In this document: positions 29,153 through 37,969 of the stretch, one piece after another
How positions within the stretch are numbered: position 1 is the stretch's first letter
How the letters are laid out: every line of letters starts with the position of its first letter
Assembly: GCA_044376115.1 (NCBI GenBank)
Contig: JBILLK010000010.1
Location: 1-64,000, forward strand
Length of the DNA: 64,000 nt
From: Polyangiaceae bacterium
Lineage (GTDB): Bacteria > Myxococcota_A > Polyangia > Polyangiales > Polyangiaceae
Direction of reading: 5' to 3'
Position numbers and translations under genes: made by a program
Notes under the pieces: model-generated
The model's input: the letters and a program-made list of their open reading frames with translations, nothing else
The model's database searches: none
Told to the model about the DNA's origin: nothing

Positions 29153-29526
29153 CGACCCGGGGAGACCCAGTTCTGCGCGGCCGCGCGCCCATTCATCTCG
29201 ACTGGGCCAGCGGCCGCAGCTGCTTGTGCGGGCGAGCCAAACAGGGGGTAGCGATACTTGGCGAAGTGGCCGTCGAGAGCGAGCCGCAAGGTGATCACCA
29301 AGCCAACGTCGTCGATCCATGCAACCAGCGGCATGAAGGCCTCCGGAATGAGGTCGATCGGGCAAACCACGTAAAGAAGTGTGAAGAGGGAGACCGCCTT
29401 CAAACCGAACCCAGCCTGTGCGTCACGCAGCATGCGACTTAGGACAAGGAGGTCCCCGAAGAACGGAACGACGCAGAATCCCCGGGCAGGCTTGCGAAGT
29501 TGAGTTTGGTTCACACGCACGAGCAT
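29149..29526 (-). CDS. YkvA/DUF1232-family membrane protein
   Basis: LLYVVCPIDLIPE...WIDD. Confidence 0.85.
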   Translation of the reverse strand: MLVRVNQTQLRKPARGFCVVPFFGDLLVLSRMLRDAQAGFGLKAVSLFTLLYVVCPIDLIPEAFMPLVAWIDDVGLVITLRLALDGHFAKYRYPLFGSPAQAAAAAGPVEMNGRAAAQNWVSPGR

Positions 29527-29617
29527 GTGTCATCTCCACGGCTGCGCAAGACCTGCGGCCCAAACAGCTCACAACCTTCCTACTGGCCGAGAGCGCTCAG
29601 CACCGTAGACTCGCAAC

Positions 29618-30949
29618 GTGGGCGATCGCAGTTGGCTCTTCATCGGCTTGGCGGTGGTCCTGCACGGCGCCTTTCTCGAGGCGGCGCGCAGGGCGCCGGA
29701 GACGAACTTGCTGTCGACGCGGCTCGGGAACCAGGAGGCACCGCTAACGTGGCTTGACGTCGTCGGCCCAGATGCCGAGCAAGCCGCGCCAAAGCCGAAC
29801 GCGCTCGTGACTACCCAGCCCACGCCATCACCCGAAGCGGCGTCCAAGCCCACGGCTGAGCCAACTGCCCCGACAGAACGCGCCGACGCGCGGCCAACCC
29901 CGGCGACTACAAGAGATGCCGCCGCGCTGAGCGAGAGCGAAGCAGCAGCCGAAGCGGACGCTGCGGCCGAAGCGGACGCTGCAGCCGAAGCGGAGGCTGT
30001 AGCAACCGGAGCGGAGGCTGCAGCCGAAGCCAGCGCCGGTTTGCAACCAGGCCCTGCAACGCCATTGGACGGTCCAGGCGAGAACGGCTGGAGTGAGCCG
30101 GAGCTCGCCGCGAACCCGCTCGATCCAAGCGGCTTGGGCCTGAATCTCGCCGCCGCCATCGCTCTCAATGAAGCTGCAGCCCCCGCCGCTCCCACCGAGA
30201 TCAAGGCGCCGACGACCTCTCCTCAAAAAGCCGCTTCCGAGTCGGTGCAATCCACCCTGATCGGCAGCGACAAGAAGGTCGGCATCGATTTGCCGGCAAC
30301 GCAGGTGGTGGTCGGAGCGGTGGCGACCGCGACGCGCGCTCTCCCAGTTGCGCACAACACGCGCGCATCCTTCGAGGTGAAGCTTGACGGCAGCGGCAAA
30401 GTCACCAGCGTTCGCGTGCTCAAGGCATCCGGCGGTGACGCCGCAACGTGGAGCGGAGCAGCGAAGGCTGCCGCCGCAAGTTTGAACGGCAGGCTGTTGG
30501 GCTTAGGCGGGGCGAAGGGCGTGGGCGCGACGGTGACCGTCGATGTGAAAGTGCGCCACGTGTTCCCCTCCGGCTCGGCGAAGGGCGCGGACGTGAAGCC
30601 GGTGTGCGCCAATCAGATCATCAACGACATTGCGGAAGCGGCCAGCAGCGGGAAGACCAAAGACGCCGGGGAGACGCCAAACGTGCCGCTGTTCACCGAT
30701 GAGAACGGTCGGCCCTGTATCCCAGTTGGAGTGAACGTCGTCTCCGACGAGACGAACATTGGCGCGACCAAGCAGATCCAGGTGCAAACGTCGTCACGAG
30801 TTACCGTGAACGGGCGCGCTGCCTTGCCGGCTGAACTACAGGCGGTCAACAAGGACCCCTTCTGGGTGAAGTCCACCTCAGATGCCCCGCGAGCCGTAGC
30901 GCCCTTCCGCGTGCGCAAGTTTCAGCGCGAACGCGAGAAGAAGAAGTAG
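29618..30949 (+). CDS. TonB/TolA-like protein (N-terminal TM, Ala/Glu/Pro linker, TonB-C-like domain)
   Basis: LAVVLHGAFL helix; AAAEAD repeats; ASFEVKLDGSGKVTSVRVLKASG. Confidence 0.6.
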   Translation: MGDRSWLFIGLAVVLHGAFLEAARRAPETNLLSTRLGNQEAPLTWLDVVGPDAEQAAPKPNALVTTQPTPSPEAASKPTAEPTAPTERADARPTPATTRDAAALSESEAAAEADAAAEADAAAEAEAVATGAEAAAEASAGLQPGPATPLDGPGENGWSEPELAANPLDPSGLGLNLAAAIALNEAAAPAAPTEIKAPTTSPQKAASESVQSTLIGSDKKVGIDLPATQVVVGAVATATRALPVAHNTRASFEVKLDGSGKVTSVRVLKASGGDAATWSGAAKAAAASLNGRLLGLGGAKGVGATVTVDVKVRHVFPSGSAKGADVKPVCANQIINDIAEAASSGKTKDAGETPNVPLFTDENGRPCIPVGVNVVSDETNIGATKQIQVQTSSRVTVNGRAALPAELQAVNKDPFWVKSTSDAPRAVAPFRVRKFQREREKKK

Positions 30950-30952
30950 GCA

Positions 30953-31010
30953 CAAAAAAAAGAAGCGCCTGCTCGACGGTTGGGGGGGGAACTCCGTCAC
31001 AGGCGCTTCA
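30953..31010 (-). ncRNA. Putative sigma54-dependent single-hairpin sRNA with poly-C loop (Pxr-like)
   Basis: UGAAGCGCCUGUGACGGAGUUCCCCCCCCAACCGUCGAGCAGGCGCUUCUUUUUUUU; stem starts at the predicted +1 and ends in a U-tract. Confidence 0.75.
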
Positions 31011-31020
31011 GTTTCTACTA

Positions 31021-31036
31021 AGCAGGGCGCGTGCCA
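31021..31036 (-). promoter_or_regulatory. Sigma54 -24/-12 promoter of the sRNA
   Basis: TGGCACGCGCCCTGCT, near consensus TGGCAC-N5-TTGCW. Confidence 0.8.
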
Positions 31037-31147
31037 ATCGCTTGGCAGTCGAAGCGCAGGCAATTCACGCAAATTGTCGCGAGGAGAAGCAAGTTGGACC
31101 GTGCGAAGGTGAAACCGGCCTTCCGATCTTGAACGGTGATAGCCAGC

Positions 31148-32044
31148 TCAGGAACCAGGGTGAAACGCTGCGTAGGCGGTGTTCATGAACTCGGCGAACA
31201 GCACCTCACGCATTGGATCGAGCGGAAGAAACTCGATGCCAAGCACAAAACCCCCGTCGGTAGGTCCAACGGTCCGCACCACGCCATCACGGCGGAAGGA
31301 GAAGCTGGTGCCGGGTTGAATCAGGTTCAAGATCACCTGCTCGCCGCTCGCGACCTGGCCGTCCGATACAAGCACTGTCGCGCCGAGCATCGAGACGGTT
31401 GTCGTGAAAGCGGTGTGGATGGAGCGACTTGTTCGGAGCCGGAGCTCCAGCCGAAGATCGACCCGTGGAGCACGGCGACGATCGGGCCCTAGATACGGCG
31501 CCTTCGGAGCGGGAGGCTGCACAGGCGGAGACGCGGGCGGCGGCGGAGGTGCATGCGCCGGAATGCCCGGTTGAGAGCGCCCAGGGGGCAGAGGCGGTGG
31601 AAGCGGGGGAGCAGCCCCGACTTGCGGTGGCCCAGGCGGAGCTTGGTGCGCGAGTTCGGCCGAGCGACGACTCGGCGGTGCCGCCGGCGGAGGCCGGGGA
31701 GGTGGGCGAACGGCAGCCGCATTGGGGTCAGGCGGTAGCAGAGAGACCCGCACGAGCCCCTGCACGAATTCGTCCCAGTCGGCGTTGGACGTCCGCCCGA
31801 AGAACTCGAGCCCGACGCGCGCGCCCTCGGCATGGACGACCATCGCGTGGGCGCTGAAGGGCTTGCCGGTGGGCAACTCCATCTCGACCTGCACCAGCTG
31901 CCGCAGCGGAGGTGCCTCGTCCATACGCAACGACAAGCCGTGAAAACTCACGTTGGTTACGGAAGCCGCCAGGGGCTTCTTGCCGATCTTGAGGACCGCA
32001 GCGGCTTCCACTGGAAACCTTCGGTCACGGCGCCGTTCGTTCAT
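31148..32044 (-). CDS. Tandem PilZ-domain protein with Pro-rich linker
   Basis: RRDRR...NVSFHG and RRAPR...TVSMLG. Confidence 0.85.
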   Translation of the reverse strand: MNERRRDRRFPVEAAAVLKIGKKPLAASVTNVSFHGLSLRMDEAPPLRQLVQVEMELPTGKPFSAHAMVVHAEGARVGLEFFGRTSNADWDEFVQGLVRVSLLPPDPNAAAVRPPPRPPPAAPPSRRSAELAHQAPPGPPQVGAAPPLPPPLPPGRSQPGIPAHAPPPPPASPPVQPPAPKAPYLGPDRRRAPRVDLRLELRLRTSRSIHTAFTTTVSMLGATVLVSDGQVASGEQVILNLIQPGTSFSFRRDGVVRTVGPTDGGFVLGIEFLPLDPMREVLFAEFMNTAYAAFHPGS

Positions 32045-32303
32045 CGAGTCCCCGAGACTTCAGCACGTTCTGAGCTTTCTGCCTACCTCAAGGTGCGAAG
32101 CCAACCATCAGAAAAAAAACCTCCTGCGATGAATGGCCTGCATTCAACTGCGTCCAACCCTCGCCTGCGCTCCGGCCCAATCGGCAGCAACCGCAAAGCT
32201 CGGAGGCCCAGGCGATTCAGCGGAGATCCGGCTGGATCGATTGGCCCTCACCTTTCCTATCAGGCGCATCCTCAATTCCCCGCGATCGGCTATACAATCC
32301 GCG

Positions 32304-32319
32304 CGGCACACAGCTTGCG
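32304..32319 (+). promoter_or_regulatory. Putative sigma54 promoter
   Basis: CGGCACACAGCTTGCG, GG-N10-GC, upstream of AAGGAG and ATG 32344. Confidence 0.65.
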
Positions 32320-32343
32320 ATAAACCACCGCTAAGGAGTGACT

Positions 32344-32757
32344 ATGAAGATCGGTTTCGCGTTTGCAGCTCTCGGCCTCGGCGCCTTTGCCACCACCGCA
32401 GCCCTCTCCCTGACCGCCACGGCGGAAGAGCCGCTCGAGAAGCGGGTGGTCGTTGAAGCCAAGCTGGACGCCAAGGCTGGTAAGGCCTCCATCGTGCTGA
32501 AGGGCATTGATGGCGCCTACATCAACAAAGATTTCCCGATCAAGTGCGACGTCACCATCGCCGAGGGCGGAAAGCTCGAGAAGGCCCAGCTGACCAAGGC
32601 TGACGCCAAGTTTGAGGACGCAGGCAAAGAAGGCAAAGCCAAGAGCGCCTCCTTCAGCGTCGGTGCCGACAAGTCGATCTCGGGTGAATGCAAGCTGGTC
32701 GCATGCAGTGACTCGTCCTGCTCGTCGCCCTTCAAGCTCCCGTTCAAGTCCAACTGA
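32344..32757 (+). CDS. Small secreted beta-sandwich protein (DsbD-N-like C-terminal Cys pair)
   Basis: Signal peptide, strong RBS, YINKDFP and ACSDSSC. Confidence 0.75.
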   Translation: MKIGFAFAALGLGAFATTAALSLTATAEEPLEKRVVVEAKLDAKAGKASIVLKGIDGAYINKDFPIKCDVTIAEGGKLEKAQLTKADAKFEDAGKEGKAKSASFSVGADKSISGECKLVACSDSSCSSPFKLPFKSN

Positions 32758-32847
32758 GCCAAGCGGCTTCTTCGCTGGCGGGCCTCTCGCTAGCTCGTCT
32801 GAAAACAGCAGCCTCGCCCCGCGAAGCTGCTGTTCTCGCGTTTGTCG

Positions 32848-33855
32848 TCAGAGACCGAACCAAGGGGATGCCGCAACAGCACGCCCCTCTTTGCGAAGCT
32901 CGAAGGTGAGCACGGCTTCGCCACCGACCTCCACCACCGGGCCAAGTGCGGAGCCAGTCTGAACGCTCTCGCCGACCTTGACCTCACTCGCTTGCATGTT
33001 GCTGTACACGGTGAAGTAGCGCTCGCCGTGGTCCAGGATGATCGCGAGCCGGTCCCACTCGTCACGATCGACGAAGACGACGCGCCCATTGGCCACCGCG
33101 CGCGCCGTGGCGCCACGCGCCGAATGCAGCTCCACCGCGGTCCCCGGACCAGAGCTCCCCTCGACCACGCGCACCTCAGTGCGGCCAGCCAGCGGCATCG
33201 GTAGAGTTCCGTGGAGCGACGCAAATACGCCGGTCGGAGCCTCGCCAGGCGAAACCTCGCGGCCGTACACCGTCACGGCCTCAGGCGGCGACATCGACGA
33301 ACCGAACGCGCGATCGAAAGCAGCTCGGCGTTCATCGGCCTGACGGAGGTAGGCCTTAGCGCTGTCCCACGCCTTCTTCTGAGCCGCGAGCGGCGCGCGG
33401 TCGGCGTCGATCGCGTGGAGCCGCAGTTCGATCTCGTCGCGGCGTTTGCGCAGTTGTTTGACGAGCTCGAGGTCACGCCGAATCGAAAGGTGATTGCGCT
33501 CTACGCGCGCCGCGTGGTCGACGAGTTCGTCGAAGCCGCCGCCGACCGGGAGCATGCCAGCCCTCAGCTGCTTGTAGTAGGTGCGCCCGCGTGCGTTTAC
33601 GCGGGCCTCAGCGGCGGCCAGCGTGGAGGCGATATCGGTGGTTTCGCTCTCGAGCTCGGCCTTCTCGGTGAGCAGCGCCTTGAGGGCGATCTCAACGTCG
33701 GTGGGCGACAGCGTGCGCGGCTTGGCCTTCGCTGCGGGCTTATTGCGCTGACTCAGCGCATCGAGCGGCCCGGTGGGCGTGCCATTGACGGCTAACGCTG
33801 CGCCCGATCCGAGCAGACAGAGGAGAGCGATTGGCGCGATGAGTCTCCTTCGCAT
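32848..33855 (-). CDS. EnvC-like murein hydrolase activator (coiled coil plus degenerate M23)
   Basis: Coiled coil; ILDHGERYFTVY, LTFELRK lacking HxH zinc ligands; downstream of ftsEX. Confidence 0.85.
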   Translation of the reverse strand: MRRRLIAPIALLCLLGSGAALAVNGTPTGPLDALSQRNKPAAKAKPRTLSPTDVEIALKALLTEKAELESETTDIASTLAAAEARVNARGRTYYKQLRAGMLPVGGGFDELVDHAARVERNHLSIRRDLELVKQLRKRRDEIELRLHAIDADRAPLAAQKKAWDSAKAYLRQADERRAAFDRAFGSSMSPPEAVTVYGREVSPGEAPTGVFASLHGTLPMPLAGRTEVRVVEGSSGPGTAVELHSARGATARAVANGRVVFVDRDEWDRLAIILDHGERYFTVYSNMQASEVKVGESVQTGSALGPVVEVGGEAVLTFELRKEGRAVAASPWFGL

Positions 33856-34749
33856 TTAGACCGTCGCGATCTTTCGCAGGCTGAAGAAGGCCGTCGTGCC
33901 TCCGAGGAACGCACCGAGCGCGATCATCGCCAAGGCCACCGGCAGCGGGAGGAAGGTGGGCATCAAGCCTGTGAGGTTGGAGAGCTGCTGATCGAAGCGG
34001 TCCTTCACGATCAGGAACAACACGAACAACACAGCGATCGCCAACCCCGCGCCCATCGCGCCTTGCGTTGCGCCCTCGACCACGAACGGCGTGCGCACGA
34101 AGTTGTCGGTGGCACCCACCAAACGCAGGACCTCCACCTCGATTTTGCGCCGCTGCAGCAGCAGGCGCATCGTTGACCCGACCACGCTGACCACCGCACC
34201 GAGCACGATCACGGCCAGGAACAGCGCCGCTGTGACTCCGCCGCCGAGCAGCGCAGACAACCGATCGGTCCACTTTTCATAGGTCTCCACCGTATCGACG
34301 GCCGGCAGCGCCCGTAGCTTGAGGGCAATGGTCTGCAGCTGGTCGTCGGTGATCGAGTCATTGAAGGCGATCTCGAGCGAGCCGGGGAAGGCCTCGACCG
34401 GCAGCGCCGCGAGCGACTCATCCGAGCTGATCACCTCTTTGCGCGCTTCTTCGGCGGTTACCCGGCGAACCCGCGAAACACCCTCGGTCTGGGAGAGCGC
34501 TTGCGAGAGCGCCGCGACCTCCGGCTCTTTTGCGGAGTCTTTGAGGTAGATGGTCGCACGCCCAGCGCGTGACCAGCGGTCCCGCAAGGCCTCGACGTTG
34601 GTCACCACCAAGATCGCCGCTGCGAGGCAGATAAAGGCCACGGAGAGCGAGAACACGCTCAGAGCCTGCAACCGCCAATCGCGTCGGCCTGCTCGCCAGG
34701 TGCCGAATATGCCGCGCGACACCGAGCTATTCGAGTTCTCTAGGTCCAT
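33856..34749 (-). CDS. ftsX: Cell division permease FtsX
   Basis: RRKIEVEVLRLVGATDNFVRTPFVVEG; 1+3 TM layout; follows ftsE. Confidence 0.9.
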   Translation of the reverse strand: MDLENSNSSVSRGIFGTWRAGRRDWRLQALSVFSLSVAFICLAAAILVVTNVEALRDRWSRAGRATIYLKDSAKEPEVAALSQALSQTEGVSRVRRVTAEEARKEVISSDESLAALPVEAFPGSLEIAFNDSITDDQLQTIALKLRALPAVDTVETYEKWTDRLSALLGGGVTAALFLAVIVLGAVVSVVGSTMRLLLQRRKIEVEVLRLVGATDNFVRTPFVVEGATQGAMGAGLAIAVLFVLFLIVKDRFDQQLSNLTGLMPTFLPLPVALAMIALGAFLGGTTAFFSLRKIATV

Positions 34750-34757
34750 GGTGCTCC

Positions 34758-35591
34758 TCAAGCCGCTTCTTCTTCGAGGTCGAAGTCTTCGTCGCCGCCG
34801 TCGTCTTCGGTGTGCTCCTGGAGCCCCGCCGGAACATCGGTGGCCTTGCCTTCATCGAGGATGACGACGCGTCGCGGTCGTACATCGAGCAAGGAGCGAT
34901 CGTGCGTGGCAAACAGCACCGTCGTCCCGGTCTCGTGGATGTCCTCGAACAAGCCGAGGATGTCGATCGCCAGCTGCGGATCGAGGTTGCCAGTGGGCTC
35001 ATCAGCTAGAATCAGCGCCGGCTCGTGCACCAACGACCGAGCAACCGCGACGCGTTGCTGCTCTCCACCCGAGAGGACGCGCGCTGCGTCACCACCTCGT
35101 CCAGCGAGCCCCACGCGCTCGAGCGCTTCGCCAACGCGCGTACGAATCAAGCGTTTGGCGATCCCCATCACCTCGAGGGCGATGGCCACGTTGTCGTAGA
35201 CGCTCCAATCGGGCACCAGCCGAAAATCCTGAAAGACGACGCCGATGTTGCGACGAAGCGCCGGGATGGCAGAGGACGAAAGGCGTGAGACGTCACGTCC
35301 CAAGAACAGGATCCGGCCGTCATCGAGCTGCTCGGTGCGATGAATGAGACGAAGCAAGGTGCTTTTGCCGGAGCCCGACGGCCCCGTCACAAACACGAAC
35401 TCCCCTCGCTCGATCACCAGCGACATTCCGCGCAAAACCGGCTGGTCTGGGCGGTAGGACTTGAAGACCTCCTCAAAAACGAGAATCGGTCTCGAGGCCG
35501 CCGAAGGGTCGTAACGGTGGCCGGCTCGTAGAGCCTGATTACGAAACGAACTCTGCTGACTCGAAGCGCCCATCCCGAGCGCGAATAGCAA
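34758..35591 (-). CDS. ftsE: Cell division ATPase FtsE
   Basis: GPSGSGKS, LRRNIGVVFQDFRL, LSGGEQQR, ADEPTGNLD; start may be ATG 35573. Confidence 0.93.
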   Translation of the reverse strand: MLFALGMGASSQQSSFRNQALRAGHRYDPSAASRPILVFEEVFKSYRPDQPVLRGMSLVIERGEFVFVTGPSGSGKSTLLRLIHRTEQLDDGRILFLGRDVSRLSSSAIPALRRNIGVVFQDFRLVPDWSVYDNVAIALEVMGIAKRLIRTRVGEALERVGLAGRGGDAARVLSGGEQQRVAVARSLVHEPALILADEPTGNLDPQLAIDILGLFEDIHETGTTVLFATHDRSLLDVRPRRVVILDEGKATDVPAGLQEHTEDDGGDEDFDLEEEAA

Positions 35592-35640
35592 GTCGCACGA
35601 ACAAGGAAAACTTTTCGGCGCCGCGTGTAGAGTCTGGCCC

Positions 35641-36516
35641 GTGAGAATCGCGTTCCTGGGATTGCCGCTCGGCGCGTGTTTGTTGCACCACGACGGTCAC
35701 GAGATCGTGCTTTGCGGGCTGAGCCGAATCGACTCACCGGGGGTGCGCCGCATCCAGCGCTTGCTGGGCGACAAGGTGCTGCTCAAGCCGCGACTCGAGA
35801 AGCACTTCATCGCTCGTTTGCGCGCAGCAAGACCGGACCTCGTGGTGAGCTGGTTCTGGACCAACCGCATTCCCACCGCGGTGATCGAGGTGGCGCCGCT
35901 TGGCGGCTTTGGCGTGCACCCGTCGCTCCTTCCGCGACACCGCGGCCCCGATCCGACGACCTGGGCGCTCCTTTCGGGCGACCGAGAGACCGGGGTTACC
36001 GCGCATCGCCTGGCCGCCGAGTACGACACCGGCGCCATTCTCGCCAGCGAATCGCTGAACATCGACCCGCGCTGGAACAGCTGGGAACTTGCGCGAGCCC
36101 TCGACCGCCCGAGCCTGCGGGTGTTGCGCGCCGTTACGCGCCGCTTTGCGCTTGGGGACCCGCCGGAAGAGCTGCAACAGGATGAGGCCCAGGCAACCAG
36201 CGCGCCTTTCCTCTCGGACGAGGAGGCCGTTTTGCACTGGACCGAAAGCGTCGAGCAAATCACCCGGCTCGTGAGGGCCTTGGCACCTTCTCCTGGTGCA
36301 AGAATGGAGATCGCTGGAGAGGAACTCGCGGTGCTGGAGGTCGAGCCGCTGCCACTCCCCAGTTACCTCGAGCAACCAGGCGAGATGGTGCTCGAGCAGG
36401 GGCGCCCGCGTATTGCCTGTCGAGACGGCAGCGTTCGGGTGCTCCGCGCTGAATGGGGTGGTGAAGAGGTGAGCCCCGAGCAATTCAAGCGGCTGTTCAG
36501 TGGACAGAGCGGCTGA
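35641..36516 (+). CDS. Methionyl-tRNA formyltransferase-like protein
   Basis: HPSLLPRHRGPDP, ETGVTAH, YDTG, RALAPSPGA. Confidence 0.85.
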   Translation: MRIAFLGLPLGACLLHHDGHEIVLCGLSRIDSPGVRRIQRLLGDKVLLKPRLEKHFIARLRAARPDLVVSWFWTNRIPTAVIEVAPLGGFGVHPSLLPRHRGPDPTTWALLSGDRETGVTAHRLAAEYDTGAILASESLNIDPRWNSWELARALDRPSLRVLRAVTRRFALGDPPEELQQDEAQATSAPFLSDEEAVLHWTESVEQITRLVRALAPSPGARMEIAGEELAVLEVEPLPLPSYLEQPGEMVLEQGRPRIACRDGSVRVLRAEWGGEEVSPEQFKRLFSGQSG

Positions 36517-36594
36517 CTGACTCCGGCCAAGTCGAACCAGGGACGAATGATCGCAGCGCTTACGCCTTGAGACGATGGATCCGCTTGTCTTGCC

Positions 36595-37962
36595 GTGTCC
36601 CTGTCCTACCACCCCAACGCATTCGGTACGGGTTCTAGCGAGCGTGATAACCTCCGGCCTCCCCAACCTGGGAGGACTGCTTTGTCGACCCCTGATGTAT
36701 TGGCAAAGGCCGCACGTGAGCGATTGGCCGTTGCACTAAACGCGCTTCAAACCAGCACCGATCCGCCCGTGGAGTTGCTTGAGCTCGCGGAGCCCATCGC
36801 CCAAACCATGGGCATCCTGCATCGCATCGAGCGATCCAAAGGGCAGGATTTGGCCGGCCGCGAGTCGATCGTCGTCAACATCCGCAAAGCCCTGGATGTG
36901 CTGCAGAACTTGACGGTCAGCCACGAAGCGGTGGACGCCGTGATGGAGCAGGTGGCGGGCTGTCTTTCGAGCGCCCATCAGCTGAGTCGCTTGCCGGCCC
37001 CAAGCGGCGCTGGCGCTGCAGCTGCGCCCGCACAACCCGCTGCCGCTGCGGCCGCCGCAGCACCCGTGGCGCAGTTGGTGGCCAACATCCCACCGCCACA
37101 GCCGGTCGCTACCGCGCCCGCGTTTCAGCCTGCAGCAGCGCCCGCTGCGGTTCCAGCCGTGGCCCCGGCGGTCAGCAAAGGGCCGCCGGGCGCAGGGCAA
37201 ACCGTGCGCCTCGACGCTGGCCCCGCGATTCAGCAGGCCGCTCAACAAGCGCAGCTCGCAGCTCAACAACAAGCCGCTCAACAGGCTCAGCTCGTCGCGC
37301 AGCAACATGCGGCGCAACAGGCGCAGCTCGCAGCTCAACAACAAGCCGCCCAACTCGCAGCCCAACAGCAAGCCGCGCAGCTCGCGGCCCAACAACAAGC
37401 CGCCCAGCAGGCGCAGCTCGCAGCTCAGCAACAAGCCGCTCAGCAGGCTCAGCTCGCAGCTCAGCAACAAGCCGCTCAGCAGGCTCAGCTTGCAGCTCAG
37501 CAACAGGCTCAGCTCGCGGCTCAACAACAAGCCGCTCAACAGGCGCAGCTCGCAGCTCAGCAACAAGCCGCGCAGCCTGCTCAAGCAACGCCGGTCATGT
37601 CCAAGGCACCAGCCCCGGCTGCGCGTCCTTCACAAACGGGCAACGTCGTGGTCGGGCTCGGCGCACACTCGGTGTCCAACTTCTACAAGGGCCTCGGTGG
37701 TAACGACGTGATCGAGTACGGCGGGCTGTTCGTCAGCACCTACCAGATCCCCAAGATCGGCACGCCGGTGAACCTTCACGTCAAGCTGCCTGGAGACCTT
37801 GAGTTCCAAGCCTCCGGCGTGGTGCAGTGGATTCGCGAGGCCTCGGGAGAAGGCGTGGATCCAGGCTTTGGTGCGCGGTTCACCCAGATCACCCCGGAAG
37901 GCCGCCAGCTCGTTTACCGATACACGCGGAACCGCGAGCCCATCCTTTACGACGACCTGTGA
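36595..37962 (+). CDS. Myxobacterial PilZ-like (TIGR02266-type) protein with long Gln/Ala repeat
   Basis: HSVSNFYKG...GGLFVSTY...VVQWIRE...PGFGARF...NREPILYD; start uncertain. Confidence 0.75.
   Translation: MSLSYHPNAFGTGSSERDNLRPPQPGRTALSTPDVLAKAARERLAVALNALQTSTDPPVELLELAEPIAQTMGILHRIERSKGQDLAGRESIVVNIRKALDVLQNLTVSHEAVDAVMEQVAGCLSSAHQLSRLPAPSGAGAAAAPAQPAAAAAAAAPVAQLVANIPPPQPVATAPAFQPAAAPAAVPAVAPAVSKGPPGAGQTVRLDAGPAIQQAAQQAQLAAQQQAAQQAQLVAQQHAAQQAQLAAQQQAAQLAAQQQAAQLAAQQQAAQQAQLAAQQQAAQQAQLAAQQQAAQQAQLAAQQQAQLAAQQQAAQQAQLAAQQQAAQPAQATPVMSKAPAPAARPSQTGNVVVGLGAHSVSNFYKGLGGNDVIEYGGLFVSTYQIPKIGTPVNLHVKLPGDLEFQASGVVQWIREASGEGVDPGFGARFTQITPEGRQLVYRYTRNREPILYDDL
37231..37575 (+). repeat. Coding tandem repeat QQAAQQAQLAAQ (24/36-bp units)
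   Basis: About ten degenerate copies of CAGCTCGCAGCTCAGCAACAAGCCGCT. Confidence 0.9.
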
Positions 37963-37969
37963 GCGGCCT

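Noticed and set aside
12485..36516. def and fmt-like genes as a functional cluster
   Set aside because: They are ~22 kb apart, on opposite strands and in separate operons.
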